Below, piece after piece: positions 35,401-49,646 of a stretch of DNA of 64,000 bases. Each line of letters begins with the position of its first letter. The stretch's first letter is position 1. Origin of the DNA: Nemertoderma westbladi (Eukaryota > Animalia > Xenacoelomorpha); contig JAUCBJ010002983.1 of NCBI GenBank assembly GCA_032718475.1, positions 32,594 through 96,593 of the forward strand, given 5' to 3'. The position numbers and the translations under genes are program-made. The notes under the pieces were generated by a model. It worked only from the letters and a program-made list of their open reading frames with translations. It was not told the DNA's origin and did not search any database.

Positions 35401-38400
35401 TAGACTGTCCCATAGCACCCGGTACTAGACTGTCCCATAGCACCCGGTACTAGACTGTCCCATAGCACCCGGTTCTAGACTGTCCCATAGTATACACGGT
35501 ACTAGACTGTCCCATAGCACCCGGTACTAGACTGTCCCATAGCACCCGGTTCTAGACTGTCCCATAGTATACACGGTACTAGACTGTCCCATAGTCACCC
35601 GGTACTAGACTGTCCCATAGCACCCGGTACTAGACTGTCCCATAGCACCCGGTACTAGACTGTCCCATAGCACCCGGTACTAGACTGTCCCATAGCACCC
35701 GGTACTAGACTGTCCCATAGTCACCCGGTACTAGACTGTCCCATAGCACCCGGTACTAGACTGTCCCATAGCACCCGGTACTAGACTGTCCCGTAGCACC
35801 CGGTACTAGACTGTCCCATAGCACCCGGTACTAGACTGTCCCATAGTCACCCGGTACTAGACTGTCCCATAGCACCCGGTACTAGACTGTCCCATAGCAC
35901 CCGGTTCTAGACTGTCCCATAGTACCGGTACTAGACTGCCCATGCACGCTAGACTGTCCCATAGCACCCGGTTCTAGACTGTCCCATAGTATACACGGTA
36001 CTAGACTGTCCCATAGTATACACGGTACTAGACTGTCCCATAGCACCCGGTACTAGACTGTCCCATAGTATACACGGTACTAGACTGTCCCATAGCACCC
36101 GGTTCTAGACTGTCCCATAGCACCCGGTACTAGACTGTCCCATAGTATACACGGTTCTAGACTGTCCCATAGCACCCGGTACTAGACTGTCCCATAGCAC
36201 CCGGTACTAGACTGTCCCGTAGCACCCGGTACTAGACTGTCCCATAGCACCCGGTACTAGACTGTCCCATAGCACCCGGTTCTAGACTGTCCCATAGCAC
36301 CCGGTACTAGACTGCCCCATAGTATACACGGTACTAGACTGTCCCATAGCACCCGGTACTAGACTGTCCCATAGCACCCGGTTCTAGACTGTCCCATAGC
36401 ACCCGGTACTAGACTGTCCCATAGCACCCGGTTCTAGACTGTCCCATAGCACCCGGTACTAGACTGTCCCGTAGCACCCGGTACTAGACTGTCCCATAGC
36501 ACCCGGTACTAGACTGTCCCATAGCACCCGGTACTAGACTGTCCCATAGTACCCGGTACTAGACTGTCCCATAGCACCCGGTACTAGACTGTCCCATAGC
36601 ACCCGGTACTAGACTGTCCCATAGCACCCGGTACTAGACTGTCCCATAGCACCCGGTACTAGACTGTCCCATAGCACCCGGTTCTAGACTGCCCCATAGT
36701 ATACACGGTACTAGACTGTCCCATAGCACCCGGTTCTAGACTGTCCCATAGCACCCGGTACTAGACTGTCCCATAGTACCCGGTACTAGACTGTCCCATA
36801 GCACCCGGTACTAGACTGTCCCATAGATACCCGGTACTAGACTGTCCCATAGCACCCGGTCTAGACTGTCCATACACCCGGTACTAGACTGTCCCATAGT
36901 CTACCCGGTTCTAGACTGTCCCATAGCACCCGGTACTAGACTGTCCCATAGCACCCGGTTCTAGACTGTCCCATAGCACCCGGTACTAGACTGTCCCATA
37001 GCACCCGGTTCTAGACTGTCCCATAGCACCCGGTACTAGACTGCCCCGTAGCACCCGGTACTAGACTGTCCCATAGCACCCGGTTCTAGACTGTCCCATA
37101 GCACCCGGTACTAGACTGTCCCATAGTACCCGGTACTAGACTGTCCCATAGCACCCGGTACTAGACTGTCCCGTAGCACCCGGTACTAGACTGTCCCATA
37201 GCACCCGGTACTAGACTGTCCCATAGCACCCGGTACTAGACTGTCCCATAGCACCCGGTTCTAGACTGCCCCATAGCACCCGGTACTAGACTGTCCCATA
37301 GCACCCGGTTCTAGACTGTCCCATAGCACCCGGTACTAGACTGTCCCATAGTACCCGGTACTAGACTGTCCCATAGCACCCGGTACTAGACTGTCCCATA
37401 GCACCCGGTACTAGACTGTCCCATAGCACCCGGTACTAGACTGTCCCATAGCACCCGGTACTAGACTGTCCCATAGCACCCGGTTCTAGACTGTCCCATA
37501 GTATACACGGTACTAGACTGTCCCATAGCACCCGGTTCTAGACTGTCCCATAGCACCCGGTACTAGACTGTCCCATAGCACCCGGTACTAGACTGTCCCA
37601 TAGCACCCGGTACTAGACTGTCCCATAGCACCCGGTACTAGACTGTCCCATAGCACCCGGTACTAGACTGTCCCATAGCACCCGGTACTAGACTGTCCCA
37701 TAGCACCCGGTACTAGACTGTCCCATAGCACCCGGTACTAGACTGTCCCATAGCACCCGGTACTAGACTGTCCCATAGCACCCGGTACTAGACTGTCCCA
37801 TAGCACCCGGTACTAGACTGTCCCATAGCACCCGGTACTAGACTGTCCCATAGCACCCGGTACTAGACTGTCCCATAGCACCCGGTACTAGACTGTCCCA
37901 TAGCACCCGGTACTAGACTGTCCCATAGCACCCGGTACTAGACTGTCCCATAGCACCCGGTACTAGACTGTCCCATAGCACCCGGTACTAGACTGTCCCA
38001 TAGCACCCGGTACTAGACTGTCCCATAGCACCCGGTACTAGACTGTCCCATAGAACCCGGTACTAGACTGTCCCATAGCACCCGGTACTAGACTGTCCCA
38101 TAGCACCCGGTACTAGACTGTCCCATAGCACCCGGTACTAGACTGTCCCATAGCAACCGGTACTAGACTGTCCCGTAGCACCCGGTACTAGACTGTCCCT
38201 TGCAACCGGTATTAGACTGTCCCATAGAACCCGGTACTAGACTGTCCCATAGCACCCGGTACTAGACTGTCCCGTAGCACCCGGTACTAGACTGTCCCAT
38301 AGCACCCGGTACTAGACTGTCCCATAGCACCCGGTTCTAGACTGCCCCATAGCACCCGGTTCTAGACTGTCCCATAGCACCCGGTACTAGACTGTCCCAT

Positions 38401-41400
38401 AGCACCCGCTACTAGGCTGCCCATAGCACCCGGTACTAGACTGTCCCATAGCACCCGGTACTAGACTGTCCCATAGCACCCGGTACTACACTGTCCATAG
38501 CACCCGGTTCTAGACTGTCCCATAGCACCCGGTACTAGACTGTCCCATAGCACCCGGTTCTAGACTGTCCCATAGCACCCGGTACTAGACTGTCCCATAG
38601 CACCCGGTACTAGACTGTCCCATAGCACCCGCTACTAGGCTGTCCCATAGCACCCGGTACTAGACTGTCCCATAGCACCCGGTTCTAGACTGTCCCTTTG
38701 CAACCGGTATTAGACTGTCCCATAGCACCCGGTACTAGACTGTCCCATAGCACCCGGTACTAGACTGTCCCGTAGCACCCGGTACTAGACTGTCCCTTTG
38801 CACCCGGTACTAGACTGTCCCATAGCACCCGGTACTAGACTGTCCCATAGCACCCGGTACTAGACTGTCCCGTAGCACCCGGTACTACACTGTCCATAGC
38901 ACCCGGTTCTAGACTGTCCCTTTGCAACCGGTATTAGACTGTCCCATAGAACCCGGTACTAGACTGTCCCATAGCACCCGGTACTAGACTGTCCCATAGC
39001 ACCCGGTACTAGACTGTCCCTTTGCAACCGGTATTAGACTGTCCCATAGAACCCGGTACTAGACTGTCCCATAGCACCCGGTACTAGACTGTCCCATAGC
39101 ACCCGGTACTAGACTGTCCCTTTGCAACCGGTATTAGACTGTCCCATAGAACCCGGTACTAGACTGTCCCATAGCACCCGGTACTAGACTGTCCCATAGC
39201 ACCCGGTACTAGACTGTCCCTTTGCACCCGGTATTAGACTGTCCCATAGAACCCGGTACTAGACTGTCCCATAGCACCCGGTACTAGACTGTCCCATAGC
39301 ACCCGGTACTAGACTGTCCCTTTGCAACCGGTATTAGACTGTCCCATAGAACCCGGTACTAGACTGTCCCATAGCACCCGGTACTAGATTGTCCCGTAGC
39401 ACCCGGTACTACACTGTCCATAGCACCCGGTTCTAGACTGTCCCATAGCACCCGGTACTAGACTGTCCCATAGCACCCGGTTCTAGACTGTCCCTTTGCA
39501 ACCGGTATTAGACTGTCCCATAGAACCCGGTACTAGACTGTCCCATAGCACCCGGTACTAGACTGTCCCATAGCACCCGGTACTAGACTGTCCCTTTGCA
39601 ACCGGTATTAGACTGTCCCATAGAACCCGGTACTAGACTGTCCCATAGCACCCGGTACTAGATTGTCCCGTAGCACCCGGTACTACACTGTCCATAGCAC
39701 CCGGTTCTAGACTGTCCCATAGCACCCGGTACTAGACTGTCCCATAGCACCCGGTACTAGACTGTCCCATAGCACCCGGTACTACACTGTCCATAGCACC
39801 CGGTTCTAGACTGTCCCATAGCACCCGGTACTAGACTGTCCCATAGCACCCGGTACTAGACTGTCCCGTATCACCCGGTACTAGACTGTCCCATAGCACC
39901 CGGTACTAGACTGTCCCATAGCACCCGGTTCTAGACTGTCCCATAGCACCCGGTTCTAGACTGTCCCATAGCACCCGGTACTAGACTGTCCCATAGCACC
40001 CGGTACTAGACTGTCCCATAGAACCCGGTACTAAACTGTCCCATAGCACCCGGTACTACACTGTCCATAGCACCCGGTTCTAGACTGTCCCATAGCACCC
40101 GGTACTAGACTGTCCCATAGCACCCGGTACTAGACTGTCCCGTATCACCCGGTACTAGACTGTCCCATAGCACCCGGTACTAGACTGTCCCATAGCACCC
40201 GGTACTAGACTGTCCCGTAGCACCCGGTACTAGACTGTCCCATAGCACCCGGTACTAGACTGTCCCATAGCACCCGGTACTAGACTGTCCCGTATCACCC
40301 GGTACTAGACTGTCCCATAGCACCCGGTACTAGACTGTCCCATAGCACCCGGTTCTAGACTGTCCCATAGCACCCGGTACTAGACTGTCCCATAGCACCC
40401 GGTACTAGACTGTCCCATAGCACCCGGTACTAGACTGTCCCGTATCACCCGGTACTAGACTGTCCCATAGCACCCGGTACTAGACTGTCCCATAGCACCC
40501 GGTACTAGACTGTCCCATAGCACCCGGTACTAGACTGTCCCGTATCACCCGGTACTAGACTGTCCCATAGCACCCGGTACTAGACTGTCCCATAGCACCC
40601 GGTTCTAGACTGTCCCATAGCACCCGGTACTAGACTGTCCCATAGCACCCGGTACTAGACTGTCCCGTATCACCCGGTACTAGACTGTCCCATAGCACCC
40701 GGTACTATACTGTCCCATAGCACCCGGTTCTAGACTGTCCCATAGCACCCGGTACTAGACTGTCCCATAGCACCCGGTACTAGACTGTCCCGTATCACCC
40801 GGTACTAGACTGTCCCATAGCACCCGGTACTAGACTGTCCCATAGCACCCGGTACTAGACTGTCCCGTATCACCCGGTACTAGACTGTCCCATAGCACCC
40901 GGTACTAGACTGTCCCATAGCACCCGGTTCTAGACTGTCCCATAGCACCCGGTACTAGACTGTCCCATAGCACCCGGTACTAGACTGTCCCTTTGCAACC
41001 GGTATTAGACTGTCCCATAGAACCCGGTACTAGACTGTCCCATAGCACCCGGTACTAGACTGTCCCGTATCACCCGGTACTAGACTGTCCCATAGCACCC
41101 GGTACTAGACTGTCCCATAGCACCCGGTACTAGACTGTCCCGTAGCACCCGGTACTAGACTGTCCCATAGCACCCGGTACTAGACTGTCCCGTATCACCC
41201 GGTACTAGACTGTCCCATAGCACCCGGTACTAGACTGTCCCATAGCACCCGGTACTAGACTGTCCCATAGCACCCGGTACTAGACTGTCCCATAGCACCC
41301 GGTACTAGACTGTCCCATAGCACCCGGTACTAGACTGTCCCGTATCACCCGGTACTAGACTGTCCCATAGCACCCGGTACTAGACTGTCCCATAGCACCC

Positions 41401-43936
41401 GGTTCTAGACTGTCCCATAGCACCCGGTACTAGACTGTCCCATAGCACCCGGTACTAGACTGTCCCTTTGCAACCGGTATTAGACTGTCCCATAGAACCC
41501 GGTACTAGACTGTCCCATAGCACCCGGTACTAGACTGTCCCATAGCACCCGGTACTAGACTGTCCCGTATCACCCGGTACTAGACTGTCCCATAGCACCC
41601 GGTACTAGACTGTCCCATAGCACCCGGTTCTAGACTGTCCCGTATCACCCGGTACTAGACTGTCCCATAGCACCCGGTACTATACTGTCCCATAGCACCC
41701 GGTTCTAGACTGTCCCATAGCACCCGGTACTAGACTGTCCCATAGCACCCGGTACTAGACTGTCCCGTATCACCCGGTACTAGACTGTCCCATAGCACCC
41801 GGTACTAGACTGTCCCATAGCACCCGGTACTAGACTGTCCCGTATCACCCGGTACTAGACTGTCCCATAGCACCCGGTACTAGACTGTCCCATAGCACCC
41901 GGTTCTAGACTGTCCCATAGCACCCGGTACTAGACTGTCCCATAGCACCCGGTACTAGACTGTCCCTTTGCAACCGGTATTAGACTGTCCCATAGAACCC
42001 GGTACTAGACTGTCCCATAGCACCCGGTACTAGACTGTCCCGTATCACCCGGTACTAGACTGTCCCATAGCACCCGGTACTAGACTGTCCCATAGCACCC
42101 GGTACTAGACTGTCCCGTAGCACCCGGTACTAGACTGTCCCATAGCACCCGGTACTAGACTGTCCCGTATCACCCGGTACTAGACTGTCCCATAGCACCC
42201 GGTACTAGACTGTCCCATAGCACCCGGTACTAGACTGTCCCATAGCACCCGGTACTAGACTGTCCCATAGCACCCGGTACTAGACTGTCCCATAGCACCC
42301 GGTACTAGACTGTCCCGTATCACCCGGTACTAGACTGTCCCATAGCACCCGGTACTAGACTGTCCCATAGCACCCGGTTCTAGACTGTCCCATAGCACCC
42401 GGTACTAGACTGTCCCATAGCACCCGGTACTAGACTGTCCCTTTGCAACCGGTATTAGACTGTCCCATAGAACCCGGTACTAGACTGTCCCATAGCACCC
42501 GGTACTAGACTGTCCCATAGCACCCGGTACTAGACTGTCCCGTATCACCCGGTACTAGACTGTCCCATAGCACCCGGTACTAGACTGTCCCATAGCACCC
42601 GGTTCTAGACTGTCCCGTAGCACCCGGTACTAGACTGTCCCATAGCACCCGGTACTAGACTGTCCCATAGCACCCGGTTCTAGACTGTCCCATAGCACCC
42701 GGTTCTAGACTGTCCCATAGCACCCGGTACTAGACTGTCCCATAGCACCCGGTACTAGACTGTCCCATAGCACCCGGTTCTAGACTGTCCCATAGCACCC
42801 GGTACTAGACTGTCCCATAGCACCCGGTACTAGACTGTCCCATAGCACCCGGTACTACACTGTCCATAGCACCCGGTTCTAGACTGTCCCATAGCACCCG
42901 GTACTAGACTGTCCCATAGCACCCGGTACTAGACTGTCCCGTATCACCCGGTACTAGACTGTCCCATAGCACCCGGTACTAGACTGTCCCATAGCACCCG
43001 GTTCTAGACTGTCCCATAGCACCCGGTTCTAGACTGTCCCATAGCACCCGGTACTAGACTGTCCCATAGCACCCGGTACTAGACTGTCCCTTTGCAACCG
43101 GTATTAGACTGTCCCATAGAACCCGGTACTAGACTGTCCCATAGCACCCGGTACTAGATTGTCCCGTAGCACCCGGTACTACACTGTCCATAGCACCCGG
43201 TTCTAGACTGTCCCATAGCACCCGGTACTAGACTGTCCCATAGCACCCGGTACTAGACTGTCCCATAGCACCCGGTACTACACTGTCCATAGCACCCGGT
43301 TCTAGACTGTCCCATAGCACCCGGTACTAGACTGTCCCATAGCACCCGGTACTAGACTGTCCCGTATCACCCGGTACTAGACTGTCCCATAGCACCCGGT
43401 ACTAGACTGTCCCATAGCACCCGGTTCTAGACTGTCCCATAGCACCCGGTTCTAGACTGTCCCATAGCACCCGGTACTAGACTGTCCCATAGCACCCGCT
43501 ACTAGGCTGCCCATAGCACCCGGTACTAGACTGTCCCATAGCACCCGGTACTACACTGTCCATAGCACCCGGTTCTAGACTGCCCCATAGCACCCGGTTC
43601 TAGACTGCCCCATAGCACCCGGTACTAGACTGTCCCATAGCACCCGGTACTAGACTGTCCCGTAGCACCCGGTACTACACTGCCCATAGCACCCGGTACT
43701 AGACTGTCCCATAGCACCCGGTACTACACTGTCCATAGCACCCGGTTCTAGACTGCCCCATAGCACCCGGTTCTAGACTGTCCCATAGCACCCGGTACTA
43801 GACTGTCCCATAGAACCCGGTACTAAACTGTCCCATTGCACCCGGTACTAGAGTGTCCCATAGCACCCGGTATTAGACTGTCCCATAGCACCCGGTACTA
43901 GACTGTGCCATAGCAGCCGGTACTAGACTGTCTCAT
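20485..43936. repeat. 25-bp tandem satellite, consensus AGCACCCGGTACTAGACTGTCCCAT, ~23.5 kb (roughly 900+ units)
   Basis: Directly visible head-to-tail array. Variants include a 27-bp AGTATACACGG form, GGTTCTAG, CCCGTAG, CATATC and CCCTTTGCAACCGGTATTAG. Edges are degenerate. Confidence 0.99.
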
Positions 43937-44742
43937 GAGAAGTAAAAGTGTCTGAGTCTGTACTCCCAGATATTCCCATTGGCGATATCTCCTCTGCAGA
44001 AGTGAAGGCTGCTGCAAAGAGCATTAAGACCAATCGTGCCAGTGGAGTAGATGGTGTTCCCCCTGAGGTCTTTAAAATACCTGAGTGTTTAAAGCTCATC
44101 TATCCCATCATAGTAGACATGTACCGAACAACAAGAGTCCCACAAGAAATGAAAAAAAATAAGTTGGTGCCAGTTCCCAAGAAGGGCAACCTAACACTCT
44201 ATGGTTCTTTTCGGGGAATCTCATTGATCTCGATTGCTGCAAAGCTATACAATAGGATTCTATTAAATCGCATCAGGGATCCCATTGAGAGACTGCTCCG
44301 TGGAAATCAGAATGGGTTCCGTAAAGGTCGTGGGACCATGGAGCCAATTTTGGCACTTAGAAGGATAATTGAAGAGTTATCAAAAAAGAAAGACAGGCAT
44401 CTGGCTGTTATCTTTGTTGACTTCTTCAAGGCCTTTGATTCAGTCTCTCGCTCACGTATGTTCAGTATACTTTCATTATATGGGATTCCTGATGAAATTA
44501 TTGCAGCAATCAGATCAGTATACGATGGTTCGACAACATTTGTGTCTACTGTTGACGGTGACACAGAACCATTTGAAGTGTTATGGGGCGTCCTCCAAGG
44601 AGACACACTTGCACCATTTTTGTTCATTGTTGACTATGTTCTATGCATGTCCTTAGATCATTATAATGATGATGGGGTGATGATAACTCCACCTACTGGC
44701 TCCAGAAGTCGAGGAAATCCTGCCAAGTACCTAACTGATCTA

Positions 44743-47700
44743 TATATATATATATATATAATTCTTTAATAAAAAGCATATTTTTGCATGCTGAAATGGA
44801 TGCACAAACTAATAAAATAGACATACGTTAAAAATATCGATAAGCATCGATAACTAAAATAATTAATGATATGTGTATCGCTTCAAATTTGGTTCATATA
44901 GAGTATTTAACCAGAGCTTTAAGAGTTACAGGTGATCTAATATACATAAAATCGTCAAGTTGAGCAACACCATAGGCGGACATTGCAGCTCTTAACAAAG
45001 TCGATTGATCTAATCTACTGTAAGAACACAATCTAGTAGAAAATGCGATTCGGATTCAGGCTCACCACATAAACAGGCACAATCATCAATGTCACCATAT
45101 CTGCTTCTCATAAGAGCCAGGTTGCCCTGACCGAGCACCAAACCGAGAATGAAGGATTCATGAGCTCTACCACAGGCTAGATTTATGGGTGTAAGTGACG
45201 GCAGCTGGTTTGTTTTGATCAGAGAATCGTTCAAATTGAGAGACTTTTTCCATACATCCTGTGTATACATTTTCATTTGTCCTTGAGTGTAGTGCAATTG
45301 CCGTGAGTCTATATTCTCGATTTCAATTAAACGACTAGATCTCTCATTGTTTAACCACGCAATATATGTTTTCACATCGTTCAAGTGTGAGGCAAAACTG
45401 TTTTTTAAGGACAGTTCGGAAATTGCTTTCAACGACATTGTAATGTCTTCCGATCTCGACAATGATTTCAACAGATATTTGGTCCTGATTACCTGACAAA
45501 ATATTTCGGGAGGCGGAATGCCACATATCACTTCTAGTTTATTTCTGTGAGGGTTATATAAAGCACCAACAGATTGTTTTAGCATTATGCCCCATAGATC
45601 ATTAAGAATTTTTATGGCTTCCCGATTCATCCATACTGGTGATGCATACAATAGTCTTGGTAGTAGTACCGACTGTATTTGCTTTGTTGCTGCTAGTAGG
45701 TTTATTCCACTGGATGGCTTCACAAATTTACTTATGAGATCCCAAATACTCCAGAATTTTTGCAATAGTGACCTGAGATGAAATTCAAAGGACATATTTG
45801 AGTCAAAAATGACTCCAAGAATTTTGGTCTCATAAACATAGCTACATACACTATTCCCCATGACTATTTTAGGTAAGGCATCATAGTCAATGTGAGGCAT
45901 GTTTATTATCACAATGTCTGTCTTTTCTCCATTAGTTTTTAGTCGCCATTTTGTACACCATGTACTAAATTGGCTACAGTCTGTTTGAACTTGACTTAGG
46001 CAGACTAACAGGGCCTCCATTGATTGATCACATCCTCTATAATTAGAGCTATCATCTGCGTATTTGTATTGTGACAACAACTCTACAATGTAGAAACAGA
46101 AAAAGTCCATTGAAAGGACTTGTCCTTGAGCTAACCCGATTTCAACATCTAGACAAAACGTTTCTGATTTGTAGTCATTAACAACTATTTCTATATTACG
46201 GTGTTTTAATATGGTTGTGATGCATTTCAGAATATTTTCCCCCTAATACCGGCATTATAGGATAGTTATAAAACCCGAAAAAAACGAAAAGGACGAAATT
46301 ATTAACGAAAATATCGAAATTATAAAACTTTAAATAAAATCTAACTTTCCAGTGAGATCGGTATTATTAGAAGGCACACTTTACATTTTTTAATTAATAA
46401 AATCCGATAATTTCGCCCCATTTTCGACCCTAAAAGTAATTTAATACCAAATACTGGCTCTGCTGATTGGTTGTTAGGGGTGATCCAATGATTGCAAAAC
46501 ACCACAAGATGGCGCTCAAATTAGGACAGTACAGTCAGAGTGTAGGCCTACTGCAGTTATAGCGACTACACTCACTCACTGTAGGCCTACAGTGCACACC
46601 TAGGCCAGGTAGCGCTAAAGGTACCGTATGCCGTAATGCAAACAACATTTCATATGGGAATTACATCGTTGCAGTATTGGGTTAGGGCACCGGACAGCTT
46701 CTTTCAACTTTGCCGCTTCAGGCTGTACCGTACCATATGCTTTTACTGTACAGTAATACACCAGTAGGCCCCTATACTGATCTGTTGATGCTGAGTCATT
46801 CATCCAAGCTGCCATTATTGGTCAACACCCAACAACCAACCAGTAGACAGCATTTGGTATTAAATTACTTTTAAGGTCGAAAATGGGGCGAAATTATCGG
46901 ATTTTATTAATTAAAAAATGTAAAGTGTGACTTCTAATTATACTCATCTTATTGGAAAGCGAGATTTTGTAGATTGTTTGATAATTTTGATATTTTCGCT
47001 GATAAATTCGTATTTGTCGTTATTTTCGGGTTTTATAACTATCCGGCATTATATAGTTTATAGAGGAGTCCGTTTATCCATATAGAATCAAAAGCCTTCT
47101 CTACATCTATAGTAGTTAAGACACCTGATCTACCATTTGATGTATCTTCTTTTATCATACTTGTTAATTTATATAGGTAGTCTACTGTGCTCAAGTTAGG
47201 TTTGCAGAATTGTGATTTGTCGCAGTGTGGTCCAACTAAATCTTGAATTCTATGTTTGATCAACCGTTCAAAAAGTTTACCAAAATATGACGATATAGAG
47301 ATAGGTCGGTATGAACCTGGGAATTTGTAATCTCTTTTACCTGCTTTTTTGATAAACTTAATCATATTCAATGGCCATGGCCATATATTACTCTCAAATG
47401 TTAGATTAAACAAATGTAAAGTGAGTGACCGCGCCCAAAAGCCCATAGATGTTATAAACTTTGGATGTATTCCATCACAATCCATTGACTTACCACTACA
47501 TTTAATTTGTTTTATTGCTTGTTGTAACTCTTTCATTGTGAAAGCTTGATCAAGTTCTGTGCTCGATTCATTCTCATCACTCCCATAGAAATCAGAATGG
47601 TGATCTTCAATAAATTTGTCAACATAATTCTTAAAAGGTTCATCGAAATTTTCTCCAGCCAAATGGTTTCCAGTGAAGAAAGTTTCAAACATATACTTGG

Positions 47701-48809
47701 CCTTTTCCTCCTCATCAGTAATTATCTTTCCATCCTTCATTAGTGAATCCACTCTTGAGTCACCCTTCTTTTTGAAATTGTGCTTGAATGATTTCCAGAA
47801 GATTTTAGAGTTGGTTTTATTTAACTCCGATGCTTGTTTTTGAAACCATTCATTGCGGGACTTTTCTATTTGGTTGTTAAAGACTTCCTTTAGTTGTTTA
47901 TATCTATCATGGTTCATCGGATCGCTCCTAAGCTTTAGGTTTTTTCTCGCTCTCCTTAATTTCTTGGAGAGATCTGATAAAATTTCGTTCCAGTAAGGCT
48001 TTGAATGTTTGTTGACCAATTTTGTCTGTAGTATTTTAGCATTCGTTTTATTGATAGAATTTTGCAAAAAGCTCCAAAGTTCTTCAGGGTCGTCAATTAT
48101 TGTCCAATAGTCTTTATTATCTTTAAGAATATTTTCCAAAGAGTGTGACCATAATGTCCAGTCAGTATCTGTGAGATTGTAAATTATTTTTCTTGTGCTG
48201 TCTTTCTTGTGCGGTTTCATCACTGAAAACAGAGAAAACTGGATAATGTCCCCGGCCTGGTGTACCAGCAAAGAGTTCATAGGTTATATCAACATATATG
48301 TCAACAAATTCATCATAAATATTCTGTGTTGTGATGATGAAGTCGATAATACTACCTCCATTATCACACACAAAAGTACGATCTTTTGGGTTGATGAGCT
48401 TGAAGCTAGGTTCATCAATTAAGAAGTTGTTGAATTTAGCCCCCATTTGATTTACAGTTGTGTCCCCCCAGCGGTGATGGCGTGAATTCCAATCTCTGGC
48501 GATTAGAACGCCAGCTAGGTTGTTCGAAACACTGAACTCCTGGGCCTGTTTTAAATTTTCAAAAATTTTCTCAAGTTCTGGTGTATTGTACAGGTGAGCA
48601 TATACTGATCCCACTAAGAAGCTTTTAGAGCCAGTAGATATTAAACACCACACAATGTCCAGCTCTTTAGTTTCGAGCAAAGTTAACCTAGTGCAACTTA
48701 AATCACCTTTTGCATAAATTGCGACGCCTTTACATTTTGTCTGCGAATTGTCTGTTAGAGTCTGAAGATTGTGTTCACAATGGTACCCTGAGATATTGAT
48801 ATCATAGTT
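44743..48809 (-). mobile_element. 5'-truncated LINE (APE, RT, C-terminal CCHC; possibly I/Nimb-group) nested in the RTE
   Basis: Frameshifted ORFs 48162-48809 (APE: GVAIY, DWNSRH..WG, SIIDF), 47039-48280 (SYRPIS, DVEKAFDSIW) and 45010-46250 (GLAQGQVLS, YADD, CLCGEPESESHFLLDC). (TA)n tail at 44743-44760. ATCTA duplicated at 44738-42 and 48810-14. Confidence 0.9.
46260..47044. mobile_element. Non-autonomous Mutator-like (MULE) element, 785 bp
   Basis: Long (~220 bp) imperfect TIRs starting GGATAGTTATAAAACCCGAAAA and ending TTTTCGGGTTTTATAACTATCC. 9-bp TSD GGCATTATA at 46251-59 and 47045-53. Interrupts the RT at LYNA|GIRG. Confidence 0.9.
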
Positions 48810-49646
48810 ATCTAGACTTCGCTGATGACTTAGGAGTACTCTCAGAAGCATTAGAGGGAGCCCAACGGCTCCTCAACTCATTAGAACATGCTGCTTCTAG
48901 TGTTGGTCTTTTTATTAACTCCAGAAAGACCAAAATTCTGACAGTTAACTTTGAAAGTCCTCAGCAAGTCTCTGATCGGATGAGCATAAGCTCAAAGGAT
49001 GGTATACTTGAGCATGTGGACGACTTCTGTTACCTGGGATCATGGATCCGGAAGTCAGGTGAGGACCTTCGAATACGTAAGGGAAAGGCATGGGCAGCCT
49101 TGAATAGGCTTTCCAGGATTTGGAAGTCACCGAGAATTAATCGGAAACTTAAGGTCCGATTATTTAGAGCAGCAGTAGTTCCAGTACTCCTCTACGGGAG
49201 TCCATGCTGGGCTCTAACTGCTGAGGACACCAAATCTCTGGATGGCACATTCACAAGAATGCTACGCCGGGTTCATTGTGTCAAGTACAATGCACACATC
49301 TCCAACCAGACACTATATAACATTGGAGGTGTCTCATTGGTTCCCCCAAGCTTGACACTAGAACAAAATCGCCTCCGCTTTGCAGGACATTGCTTTCGCC
49401 GTGAGGACCAGCCAGTGCATAATCTTGTACTTTGGCAGCCTCATGGCGTGAATAAGCATGGTGGACAGCCCATGACTTTCTTGAGACGCATCCTAAAGGA
49501 CACTGGAAGATGCGGATGATCTAGCAAATGTCATGGGTGATAGGGAGTTGTGGCGGTGCAATTTTGTTGACAAGCCGGCACCGCATTCTTAAAAATGCAG
49601 CTGCAATGCAGCATGCCGATCCTAGTAGTAGTAGTAGTAGTAGTAG

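Larger units (their letters stand above)
43939..49646 (+). mobile_element. 5'-truncated RTE-clade LINE inserted in the satellite, interrupted by another LINE
   Basis: RT 43948-44742 (QNGFRKGR, VDFFKAFDSV, GVLQGDTLAP, YLTDL) resumes in frame at 48815 (DFADDLGVLS...YLGS...RLRFAGHC). (TAG)8 tail at 49623-49646. Satellite on both sides. Confidence 0.93.

Noticed and set aside
20485-43936. 25-bp array as a CRISPR array
   Set aside because: Units are directly head-to-tail with no unique spacers, there are no cas genes, and the context is eukaryotic.
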